NCBI GenBank assembly: GCA_030835005.1
Contig: JAUQWT010000085.1
Coordinates: 1 to 34,708, forward strand
Reading direction: 5' to 3'
DNA: 34,708 nt
Origin: Ignavibacteria bacterium
GTDB lineage: Bacteria; Bacteroidota; Ignavibacteria; Tepidaquicellales; OLB5
Below, piece by piece: positions 16,940-25,244 of the stretch (position 1 is the first letter of the stretch; every line of letters begins with the position of its first letter). The position numbers were made by a program, and so were the translations under genes. The notes beneath the pieces are model-generated. The model made no database searches, had not been told where the DNA came from, and was given only the letters and a program-made list of their open reading frames with translations.

Positions 16940-17382
16940 TATGCATGATGTGTATGCTCTGCCATATCCTGTCCATCGGGGAAATGAAGATTGAGGTCAA
17001 CATCAATATCCGGATGAATGCTTTTTGCCACGGGACAGTGAAGAGCGACTGCTTCAAGAATTCCTCTTTTATCAAAAGGAATTCCGGCAGGAAACTTTAT
17101 ATCTGCAACAAGCTTTACAACTCTTCTTGGCGAATCTGAGCTCATATGCTTTTCTATTCTGCATGTTGTGCCTTCCATGTTTATGCCGCGGTCCAGCGCC
17201 GAAATTCCCATAGTAGTAAGGTAACATGCCGCCAGTGAAGCCGCCAACAGGTCTGTTGGCGAGAAACTTTCTCCTTTGCCTCGATTATCTGCCGGCGCAT
17301 CTGTTTCAATTGTTACTCCGCTTGATTTATGAATGGCTTTGCAGTGAAGGCCGCCTTCATAAGTTGTATTTATTTCTACCAT
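16939..17382 (-). CDS. OsmC/YhfA-family protein
   Basis: TDAPADNRGKGESFSPTDLLAASLAAC...HCPVAKS with two conserved Cys. Confidence 0.92.
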   Translation of the reverse strand: MVEINTTYEGGLHCKAIHKSSGVTIETDAPADNRGKGESFSPTDLLAASLAACYLTTMGISALDRGINMEGTTCRIEKHMSSDSPRRVVKLVADIKFPAGIPFDKRGILEAVALHCPVAKSIHPDIDVDLNLHFPDGQDMAEHTHHA

Positions 17383-17416
17383 GATAATTATCTCCGGTTT
17401 GTTAGAAGCTCTTATG

Positions 17417-17424
17417 CAAAATTA
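17417..17424 (-). promoter_or_regulatory. Bacteroidota-type -7 element
   Basis: TAATTTTG 34 nt upstream of the OsmC-family start. Confidence 0.6.
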
Positions 17425-17472
17425 ACCAATTATTGCATCAAATAATCTGACGATTTTATGGATAATCGAATG

Positions 17473-17493
17473 AAAAAGGAGCCATTTGGCTCC
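17473..17493 (-). terminator. Terminator, GGAGC family copy 4 (after nrfA)
   Basis: AAAAA-GGAGCCATTTGGCTCC. Confidence 0.7.
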
Positions 17494-17614
17494 CTTAAAT
17501 TGCGTAGTTTGGATTATTTCCTCCCGGCGTTAGTCTGCGGCTCTACTTATCTTCAACACCAAATGTGAGTTTTTGAAAGCAAAGCACTCTAATATTTGAT
17601 TTTTAATATTTTAA

Positions 17615-18910
17615 TTACTTTGCTGCCAGATTTTTCATCAGTCTTTCTGCTGCAATTTGCGACTGCCGTGCATAATCAATCGCATTGCCTAATGTTTTCA
17701 ATGTTTCCTGAGGGGAGTGGAAACCCATAGAATTTTCTGCTGCAACAAAATCCCATCTAAGCTGTGCACGGCGATGAAGTTTTCGCGCTTCTTTCAATTG
17801 TTCATCTGTTGCACCTGCATCCTTAGCTGTTTTGATTGCAGTGATTGCATCCAGTATAGCATTCTCGGACTTAATCATTGTTTCATAAACCCTGTCCTGA
17901 ATTGTCTTAACTCTTCCTGCCAGTTCTTCTTCGCTCCACTTATGACAAGTCTGGCAGGCATTGTTGATGTTGCGCAGCGGTGATTTTATCCAGTGATTTG
18001 TAACTTTGAGGGAACCAACTCTTTCATACGGCATGTGGCAATCAACGCAGCTTACACCGCTTTTAGCATGTATGCCTGTTGACCATGTTTCAAACTCCGG
18101 GTGCTGCATTTTTATCATTGGCGCACCGGATGTTTCGTGATCCCAATCTTTAAAACCGTACTCATCATAATATGCTTCAATGCTGTCAACAGAAAGGCCC
18201 TTATCCCACGGGAATGTCAGATATTTTCCATCGCCTTTGAAGTAATACTCAACATGGCATTGCCCGCAAACATAGCTTCTCATCTGCTCGCGCGTGGCTT
18301 TTGTAACATCAATTCCTCTTCTCTGCATCGCTTCAATGAATGCCGGACGCTGAACTCTAAGCGCCATTGTCTTGGGGTCATGGCAATCAAGGCAGCCGAT
18401 GCCCTTATCATAATGCGCGCCCACATCTTTAAACATCGCTTTGTAAAAATTCTCTGTGCCCATTTTTTCAACATCAACAAGTACCTGTGAGCTTTTGCAG
18501 CTGATACAGGTATTTGCAGTCTTTTCATTAACGCGCAGAGTGTTTTTCACATCAGTAATAGCCCAGTAATGTCCGCGCTCTTCGCGGTAATCTTTAGAGA
18601 ATGGATAACCTGCAAACAGTTTTATCAACTGCGGATACTTCTCTAGCTTCTGGTAATTATCCGAGCCCCCGAATTGAGTAGGACCTTCATTTGTTTCAGT
18701 TTTTAAAAAGCTGTCATACTCAAACGGGAAATTTTCGCCCCATACTTTAGGGTCGGTTTCTTTATCACCAACAGGTTTGAATACAGATGGATACAAATTT
18801 GCTTCCTGCTTCTTTTCGAATATGTTTATCAGCAGCAGCGTAATTCCAACCGTCACCAGTGCAGTTATGAAAAAGATGAAGAAATATTTTTTATTTAACG
18901 GGTTAGCCAT
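17615..18910 (-). CDS. nrfA: Ammonia-forming cytochrome c552 nitrite reductase
   Basis: CISCK (CXXCK) plus four CXXCH (CLDCH, CGQCH, CVDCH, CQTCH); QCHVEY, KMQHPEFE and ENSMGFH motifs. Confidence 0.96.
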   Translation of the reverse strand: MANPLNKKYFFIFFITALVTVGITLLLINIFEKKQEANLYPSVFKPVGDKETDPKVWGENFPFEYDSFLKTETNEGPTQFGGSDNYQKLEKYPQLIKLFAGYPFSKDYREERGHYWAITDVKNTLRVNEKTANTCISCKSSQVLVDVEKMGTENFYKAMFKDVGAHYDKGIGCLDCHDPKTMALRVQRPAFIEAMQRRGIDVTKATREQMRSYVCGQCHVEYYFKGDGKYLTFPWDKGLSVDSIEAYYDEYGFKDWDHETSGAPMIKMQHPEFETWSTGIHAKSGVSCVDCHMPYERVGSLKVTNHWIKSPLRNINNACQTCHKWSEEELAGRVKTIQDRVYETMIKSENAILDAITAIKTAKDAGATDEQLKEARKLHRRAQLRWDFVAAENSMGFHSPQETLKTLGNAIDYARQSQIAAERLMKNLAAK

Positions 18911-18969
18911 GATAAAATTTGTTATTTAATATTTGATTTCTTTAGCGTTCAATTCGTAATTCCTAATTG

Positions 18970-19413
18970 TCATTTCATATGCCCCACGCTTCTATGGCAT
19001 GATGTGCACTGAATCTTCGTGTTCTCGGTTTCATGAAAAGTAATGCCCGATACTACAGTTGTATGGCAGTAGCGGCAATTTTCTTCAAGTATGTCTCTGT
19101 TCCTTTGGTTGACTTGTATGGGTTCATGGAAATCGCCTGATGTAAATGCGTAACTGTGATTCCACCCGTTTAGACCTTTGGTGAACCACTTGCCGGCAAA
19201 GTTTTTGGGAGTATGGCAGTCATTACAAGTTGCAACTGAGCGGTGAGAGCCTCTTTGCCAGCCGTTGTACTGGTCATCCATTATATGGCAGTTATCGCAT
19301 GCTGCGGGGTCATCCTGCAAATATGAATATCCCTTGGCATAATAGAAAGTTGCCCCGCCAATTCCCGCCGCAACTCCGGTAAATATATAAAGTAAAAGGA
19401 AAAGTTTTCCCAT
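18970..19413 (-). CDS. nrfH: Cytochrome c nitrite reductase small subunit (tetraheme quinol oxidase)
   Basis: N-terminal TM, SYLQDDPAACDNCHIM, four CXXCH, terminal VGH; directly upstream of nrfA. Confidence 0.95.
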   Translation of the reverse strand: MGKLFLLLYIFTGVAAGIGGATFYYAKGYSYLQDDPAACDNCHIMDDQYNGWQRGSHRSVATCNDCHTPKNFAGKWFTKGLNGWNHSYAFTSGDFHEPIQVNQRNRDILEENCRYCHTTVVSGITFHETENTKIQCTSCHRSVGHMK

Positions 19414-19529
19414 CTATAGTTTCATCTTTACACAAAATTTCTCATTTTTTTGTCAACTTTCAAGTGAAAATCGTTTTTGAATATCCTTTGAGAAAGTAAT
19501 TTTGTTTAGTATAGTCTTCGACCTTTGTC

Positions 19530-19555
19530 AAAAAAAAGGAGCCTGTTGGCTCCTT
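19530..19555 (-). terminator. Terminator, GGAGC family copy 5
   Basis: A8-GGAGCCTGTTGGCTCC-TT, downstream of the porin gene. Confidence 0.75.
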
Positions 19556-19624
19556 GGTCTGTATTCCTATTTTTGATTTGTTGCTTTACTTTGTTTCATA
19601 TCTTTCATTTCGCGCTCCCCTGCC

Positions 19625-20686
19625 TTACTTAAACACAAAGAAAAACGTCATACGTGCAGCAAGATCTGTTTTGCGCTCTGCAGCTGTATTAGTCTTTTTA
19701 GCATATGAGTTCATCCAAACATTCGGCATGAAATGGATATTCTCTATCGGCATGTAATCCAGGCCAACAGTGATGAAGTTTTCTTTGTAGCCCGTGGAGT
19801 CATTTTTTGAATCCGGATTGTACATATCATACCTTGCAAACACGTTCAGTACAGGTTTATTTTCCCTGCCCAGCAAGTTACCCCAGATAAATCCGCCAAT
19901 TCCAAATGGCGCTGCGTCAACTCCTGTTCCTCCGGCATTTTTCTGAGTCTGCTGAAACACCTCAACACCTGCATTGAATTTTTCATAGGTGTAACCAACA
20001 AATCCTTTTAGTGTAGTTTTATTCTTCTCACCGTCTGCGGGTTCATAGTCGCCATACACTTCCATTTGCAGGCCTTTTACTGGCTTAGCAAATAATGTTC
20101 CGTAGTACTTCTTGTGTTTATTAATTTCAGGTTTCTGCCCGTTTCCGTTGCCTATCATAAATGCAAAGCCATAATTGCCCGCTTTATCAAACTTGCCGCG
20201 GGCGGCCACGCCTAAGTCGCTTGCTAGTACAAATCCTCTCATATCTATCAGGGTTTTTTCAACTGCGCGGTAATTCCATGCCTTTTCACTAAGAGCCCAT
20301 GAAATTGTTGGAGTTGGCACAAGTCCTATAGCAAAGCTTACTTTTTCAAATGCCTTCCATTCAACAAATGCAGTTTTTATGATTAGGCCAAATCTCGTGC
20401 TGGTGATTATTTTGTCGTTGCCTTCAAGCAGTATCTGCGAGCTGAACTTGTCATTAAAAACATAATCATACCCAAGGTATGCCCTTCGCATTTCAAATCC
20501 CTGGAATGATTTGCTATAAGGGGAGTACTGCGTTGAACTACCGGTAGAATCACCCGAAACTTTAAAAAAGTAATCCCCGAAAACATATCCCCAAAGCTTT
20601 CCGCCTTTATCCTGAGAATGAACGCTGTCAGCACTCAAACTTATGATACTTAGAAACAGCAAAACTGATAACAATTCTTTTTTCAT
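19625..20686 (-). CDS. Outer-membrane porin-like beta-barrel (possibly anion/phosphate-selective)
   Basis: Signal peptide, FEMRRAYLGYDY, IGNGNG, FARYD, amphipathic strands and aromatic C-terminal strand ARMTFFFVFK. Confidence 0.75.
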   Translation of the reverse strand: MKKELLSVLLFLSIISLSADSVHSQDKGGKLWGYVFGDYFFKVSGDSTGSSTQYSPYSKSFQGFEMRRAYLGYDYVFNDKFSSQILLEGNDKIITSTRFGLIIKTAFVEWKAFEKVSFAIGLVPTPTISWALSEKAWNYRAVEKTLIDMRGFVLASDLGVAARGKFDKAGNYGFAFMIGNGNGQKPEINKHKKYYGTLFAKPVKGLQMEVYGDYEPADGEKNKTTLKGFVGYTYEKFNAGVEVFQQTQKNAGGTGVDAAPFGIGGFIWGNLLGRENKPVLNVFARYDMYNPDSKNDSTGYKENFITVGLDYMPIENIHFMPNVWMNSYAKKTNTAAERKTDLAARMTFFFVFK

Positions 20687-20751
20687 ATTACTGTATAAAT
20701 TAATTTATAAGTTATTGTTAAATTCTTAATTATTTATATAAAATTATCGTT

Positions 20752-20795
20752 AAGAAATTAAGTTAATGTAAACAAATTATTAAGTTTCCATTAAG
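20752..20795 (-). promoter_or_regulatory. Four 11-bp direct repeats (OmpR/PhoB-type operator candidate)
   Basis: - strand: CTTAATGGAAA CTTAATAATTT GTTTACATTAA CTTAATTTCTT, upstream of the porin gene. Confidence 0.4.
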
Positions 20796-20840
20796 AAAAA
20801 ACCCCCGAATCATTCCAAAATGGGATGAAACGGGGGCTTT
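20796..20840 (-). terminator. Intrinsic terminator
   Basis: AAAAAA-CCCCCG-AA-TCATTCCA-AAA-TGGGATGA-AA-CGGGGG-CTTT, downstream of 20898. Confidence 0.7.
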
Positions 20841-20897
20841 ATTTCATTGAAGCATAATCTTTAATATTAACCGAACATTATTCACAGAATCTTAACA

Positions 20898-21305
20898 CTA
20901 CTTATTAAGATTGTATGAAGAAGTTAGTTCCGCAGATTTATGCAGCATTGCATGAACGCGGCAGTACTTTTCCTCGGAAAGTTTTATTGCACGCTCAATG
21001 ACTTCCGGCTCAAGCTCCCTGCCAATGAAGTTATATGTTAAGTGTATCCTGGTGTAAACTTTTGGATGTTCAGGTGCTTCTTCGGCAGTAATATCTATCC
21101 AGAATTTATCGATCTTCTTTCTTGATTTGCCGACTATCAGCGCGCAATCCATCATAGTGCATCCGGCAAGTGCCTGCAAAAGCAGCTGTGCAGGTGATGC
21201 CGCACTGGCATTCTCACCGGAATCCATTAAAACCGTTAATCCATTCTCAGTTGTACCTTTTAGCTTGAAGCCTTCAATCCACTCAACACTGGCTGTTTTT
21301 GTCAT
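20898..21305 (-). CDS. OsmC/YhfA-family protein
   Basis: SPAQLLLQALAGCTMMD...HPKVYTRIHL...RAIKLSEEKYCRV. Confidence 0.92.
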   Translation of the reverse strand: MTKTASVEWIEGFKLKGTTENGLTVLMDSGENASAASPAQLLLQALAGCTMMDCALIVGKSRKKIDKFWIDITAEEAPEHPKVYTRIHLTYNFIGRELEPEVIERAIKLSEEKYCRVHAMLHKSAELTSSYNLNK

Positions 21306-21321
21306 TTATCAAAAAGTATTC

Positions 21322-22665
21322 TTAATTATAGTTCTTTGATTTTGCAAACTTCTCAAGCTCTTCGCGAAACTTTGGATGCGAAATGCCTATAAGCGCACTT
21401 ACTCTTTCCCTCACATTCATTCCATGAAGGTCAACGGCGCCGTACTCGGTAACAACCCAGTGTACATCACCGCGTGAAGTAGTGACTCCTGCCCCCTCTT
21501 CAAGATGCGGAACGATCCTTGAAAGTGTGCCTTTCTTTGCAGTTGATTGCAGCGCAATTATCGGTTTACCGCCTTTTGAACGTGAAGCGCCCCTGATAAA
21601 ATCAACCTGCCCGCCAAATCCGCTGTAGAAATTGTAGCCTATTGAGTCAGAGCAAACCTGCCCTGTCATATCAACCTGCAGACATGAGTTTATTGCCACC
21701 ATCTTATCATTTCTTGCAATTACGAAAGGATCATTTACAAAATCTGTTGTTCTCATTTCAACAAAAGGATTATTGTGAATATACTCGAAAAGCGTATGCG
21801 AGCCAAGCACAAAAGAAGTTACCATCTTTCCTCGAAGAAGTGTTTTCTTATCGCAGTTAATTACTCCGCTTTCTATAAGCGGTATTACACCGTCTGAAAA
21901 CATCTCTGTATGGATACCAAGATCTTTCCTGTCGCCAAGGAGTCCAAGCACTGCATCGGGAATCGCGCCGATACCCATTTGAAGTGTTGAACCGTCTTCA
22001 ATAAGATCTGCGATATTCTGTCCGATTTTCTGAAAAATTTTCAGCTCTTCCGGGTCTTTTTCTGCATGCATTCCGGGGAGCTCCTGCAAATCCTGTTCAT
22101 ACTCAAAGGCATAATCAATATCACTAATGTTGATGAAGCTGTCTCCGTGTACCCTTGGCATTTTGGGATTTACCTGTGCGATTACAAGCCTTGCAACATG
22201 TACAGCAGCCTTTGTGCAGTCAACAGCAACACCCATGCTGCAGAATCCATGCATATCCGGAGGTGACACCTGAATAAGCACTACATCAACCAAATGTTTC
22301 GTATCATGATTTATAAGTTTCGGTATTTCTGAAAGGAATATCGGCATAAAATCTGCTTTGCCTGCATTAACAACCTTACGTGTATTGGCTCCAAGAAAAA
22401 ATCCATTATGCCTGAAATGGCCTTCCATTTCAGGTTTCATATACGGCGCTTCGCCAAATACCATTAAGTGGCAGATTTCAACATCTTTTAATTCGGGAGC
22501 TCTTTCTGACATTGCTTCCACAAGCCTTTGCGGATATGCACAGCCTGACTGAATATAAACCCTGTCTCCTGATTTTATTGCTTTTACAGATTCTTCGGGT
22601 GTAACAAATTTATTGGAATATTTTTGTCTGATTCTATTCGATTTTTCTTTAATTTGAGTTAACAC
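21322..22665 (-). CDS. Acetyl-CoA hydrolase/transferase family (4-hydroxybutyrate CoA-transferase-like)
   Basis: DGSTLQMGIGAIPDAV, DLGIHTEMFSDG, SGFGGQVDFIRGA, VVTEYG. Confidence 0.93.
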   Translation of the reverse strand: MLTQIKEKSNRIRQKYSNKFVTPEESVKAIKSGDRVYIQSGCAYPQRLVEAMSERAPELKDVEICHLMVFGEAPYMKPEMEGHFRHNGFFLGANTRKVVNAGKADFMPIFLSEIPKLINHDTKHLVDVVLIQVSPPDMHGFCSMGVAVDCTKAAVHVARLVIAQVNPKMPRVHGDSFINISDIDYAFEYEQDLQELPGMHAEKDPEELKIFQKIGQNIADLIEDGSTLQMGIGAIPDAVLGLLGDRKDLGIHTEMFSDGVIPLIESGVINCDKKTLLRGKMVTSFVLGSHTLFEYIHNNPFVEMRTTDFVNDPFVIARNDKMVAINSCLQVDMTGQVCSDSIGYNFYSGFGGQVDFIRGASRSKGGKPIIALQSTAKKGTLSRIVPHLEEGAGVTTSRGDVHWVVTEYGAVDLHGMNVRERVSALIGISHPKFREELEKFAKSKNYN

Positions 22666-22742
22666 AGCTCTTTTCTCCTGTCAATCTTGGTTAGTTGTAT
22701 TATGTTTAATTCATTCTGATGAATATAAATCTTTTTCAAAAT

Positions 22743-23999
22743 CTATTTCTTTTCTCTTTCGTCAAAGAAGTCTCCCAGTTTAAATCTTGCATTTATGAAT
22801 GCCGTTATAACTCCAAACTTCCCGGATTGAGTTTTAGAAAGCCTTATGGACGGGCCGAATGCAAATGCGTTAAGCGCAAAGCCTTCTCCTATATTGGATA
22901 CCATTATTTCAACAAGAAGCTGGAAATTTCTTATTTTTTTCAACGTAGCGTTTACCCTGAAATCAAATACTGCTCCGGCAAGGCGGCTTTCGCGTGTCAT
23001 CATTCCAATATGCGTTTCATTTGCATAATATGCAATATAAACCTGTGATCGGGTTGAGCCAAACATCCTGAACGGGTAACGGAACTCTGCATTAAGATAT
23101 GTTCCTTTAAGCACATTGTTAGGCATTGGTTTTGTACTGTCGCCGTTCTCGTAAAACGTATACATCGGCCCGTTAGTGTTATTCATATTCCCGGCCAGCT
23201 TTACATCACTAAGTACACCAACTTCCAGAAAATTGCCAAGCGGGATCACATAGCTTAACTCGATCGCTCTTATAGGTGAATATATATTATTATACTGCTT
23301 CCACGGATAGTTATCTCCTGCTGCCGGATCTATGGCGTGTGTATTCAGGTTATCTATACTGGTATTATAGCTTACACTCACTCCTATAATATTCATTCCA
23401 ACACTAACAAGATCACTTTCAAACGGTGCGCTGTATTTGTTCCCAATGCCAAATGTAAAACCTATCGATCGTTTGAGCGGTATGCCCAGCTTTTCGCCTC
23501 CGAATAACTGAAAGTACGGATTGATATAAGCAGTTGTGCTTCTGATCGTACGCTCTCTTTTAGGAGGCGCAATAAACTCTTTAATTTTTATCTGCCGTAT
23601 GACATCTAAGAACACACTGGCGTAATCAAGCCTTTTGGCGTTCATGTTCTCTTTATTGGTACCGGTCCAGCTGATCAGGCCATCCTGTACACGCTTAGAA
23701 AGCTGGCTCCATGCATATCTTTGTGCGCTTGGATCGCTTTCATCACCCAGCACTACGTACTGGTTTTGAGAGTTTCCATCCATAACATTGATAACTATAG
23801 TATAACTCTCAAGCTTGGGATCGATCCCCATATCATCCTGTGCCATAATAAATACGCTGTCATCATCTGCGCGCGCCATTATTTTGAAATACTTCCAGGA
23901 ACGCGGATTGCCTTCATCTTCTTGTTGAGCGTAAACGCTTATTAATTCGAAAGAACTAACAAATATTGCAAGAGCTATTAATTTTATCAGGGTTTTCAT
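22743..23999 (-). CDS. Hypothetical exported protein, probable C-terminal beta-barrel
   Basis: Signal peptide ending VYA-Q; alternating hydrophobic strands in the C-terminal two thirds, ending FINARFKLGDFF. Confidence 0.8.
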   Translation of the reverse strand: MKTLIKLIALAIFVSSFELISVYAQQEDEGNPRSWKYFKIMARADDDSVFIMAQDDMGIDPKLESYTIVINVMDGNSQNQYVVLGDESDPSAQRYAWSQLSKRVQDGLISWTGTNKENMNAKRLDYASVFLDVIRQIKIKEFIAPPKRERTIRSTTAYINPYFQLFGGEKLGIPLKRSIGFTFGIGNKYSAPFESDLVSVGMNIIGVSVSYNTSIDNLNTHAIDPAAGDNYPWKQYNNIYSPIRAIELSYVIPLGNFLEVGVLSDVKLAGNMNNTNGPMYTFYENGDSTKPMPNNVLKGTYLNAEFRYPFRMFGSTRSQVYIAYYANETHIGMMTRESRLAGAVFDFRVNATLKKIRNFQLLVEIMVSNIGEGFALNAFAFGPSIRLSKTQSGKFGVITAFINARFKLGDFFDEREKK

Positions 24000-24048
24000 A
24001 TTCCTATTTATTGTAATTAATTTAAAATACTTTAACTTAATTACACTA

Positions 24049-24114
24049 CAAAATTAGTCTTAATCGTCATATTATACTATGATTTGACTCATTAACATTA
24101 ATGACCTGCATCAT
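24049..24114 (-). promoter_or_regulatory. Promoter with -7 element and two FNR/CRP-like palindromes
   Basis: TAATTTTG at 24056-24049; ATGATTTGACTCAT at 24079..24092; ATGACCTGCATCAT at 24101..24114. Confidence 0.6.
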
Positions 24115-24256
24115 TCTGATTTCTTATGTTCTTTAAAGTAAAAGAGCAAGAATCTTAGGACTTCCTGGAGCGTAACCATTCCACTAAAATACACCGTTAA
24201 TACGTGAGCAGTAAGTGTTAATTGAATGAATCTCATGTAACATAATCAATTACATT

Positions 24257-24281
24257 AAAATAGCTGAAATATCAGCTATTT
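24257..24281 (-). terminator. Terminator of the sqr-tusE-dsrE operon
   Basis: AAATAGCTGA-AATA-TCAGCTATTT, perfect 10-bp arms. Confidence 0.7.
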
Positions 24282-24315
24282 GCAGAGGCCGGTAATGTTT
24301 CAAAACGATGAGTTT

Positions 24316-24798
24316 TCAGGTGAATATAATGTTTGCCCCGGCAGACGTTTCGTAGAATTCACCCACCGTAATCACATCATCAACTTCTGCGCAAAAGTCC
24401 TCTTTCTTCAAATGGAACATATCTACCGAAGCTTTGCATGCATATATATTGCAGCCGGCGTCATGTATCATCTGGATAAACTCCCGTACAGGCGGAATAT
24501 CGATCTTTTCCATTTCCTTTTCCATCATATGGGTTGCAAGTGCACTCATTCCCGGCAATGAACCAAGCAATGTCGGCATATGCATTGCAGGGTTGCCCAC
24601 GGTTGCAACTTTGAGGTGATCCATCTTCTTATTAATAATTGCCTCCATACCAAAAAAGGTAAAGAACAAATTTGCTTCAATCCCTTCCATTCTGGCACCA
24701 TTGGCCATTATGAGTCCGGGATACACTCCTTCGAGTGAGCCTTTGGAAATAATTATTGATACTTTTTTCACAGGCTCGTAATTGTTTTCTTCTAACAT
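24316..24798 (-). CDS. DsrE/DsrF/DrsH-like (DsrE2-type) sulfur-relay protein
   Basis: SIIISKGSLE, LFFTFFG, IYACKASVDMF with the conserved Cys. Confidence 0.88.
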   Translation of the reverse strand: MLEENNYEPVKKVSIIISKGSLEGVYPGLIMANGARMEGIEANLFFTFFGMEAIINKKMDHLKVATVGNPAMHMPTLLGSLPGMSALATHMMEKEMEKIDIPPVREFIQMIHDAGCNIYACKASVDMFHLKKEDFCAEVDDVITVGEFYETSAGANIIFT

Positions 24799-24826
24799 TT
24801 TCCTTATTGTTAAATTATTCTTACTC

Positions 24827-24889
24827 TAATTTGTTCATTGTTGGTTGTTTACTGCACACTGTTCATTGCTCATTGAAAATTGCTAATTC
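24827..24889. repeat. Nine degenerate heptamer tandem repeats
   Basis: TAATTTG TTCATTG TTGGTTG TTTACTG CACACTG TTCATTG CTCATTG AAAATTG CTAATTC. Confidence 0.65.
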
Positions 24890-24890
24890 A

Positions 24891-25220
24891 TTAAATACAT
24901 CCTTTCGGCTTGGGCAGCCCTGCGATCTTTGCTGCTTTTTTTGCCGGCCCTTTTGGGAAAAGAGCATAAAGCATTTTAGTATCTACTCCGCTTTCCTTAG
25001 TGAGCTTTCTGATTGAAGGCGAGTCCCCGGTTTCAGAAAACACTTTGCGCATAAAGTTTATCACTTTCCAGTGATCTTCCGTTAATTTCTCGATACCTTC
25101 TTCTTTTGCGATCTCGGCGGCGATCTCTTCATTCCAGTCTTTAAGATCAACCAGATTCCCGTCTGCATCAACCTGCATTGATTTCCCGAGTATTTCCTTT
25201 ACTCCTGCTGCAATAGACAT
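24891..25220 (-). CDS. TusE/DsrC/DsvC-family sulfur carrier with a single C-terminal Cys
   Basis: DADGNL...WNEEIA...LTEDHWKVINFMR...LYALFPKGPAKKAAKIAGLPKPKGCI. Confidence 0.93.
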   Translation of the reverse strand: MSIAAGVKEILGKSMQVDADGNLVDLKDWNEEIAAEIAKEEGIEKLTEDHWKVINFMRKVFSETGDSPSIRKLTKESGVDTKMLYALFPKGPAKKAAKIAGLPKPKGCI

Positions 25221-25244
25221 TTTATGTTATCCTTTCAATAAAAA

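Noticed and set aside
24891-25220. Calling this gene dsrC and inferring dissimilatory sulfite reduction
   Set aside because: It lacks the second conserved Cys, and no dsrAB/dsrMK is in the window.
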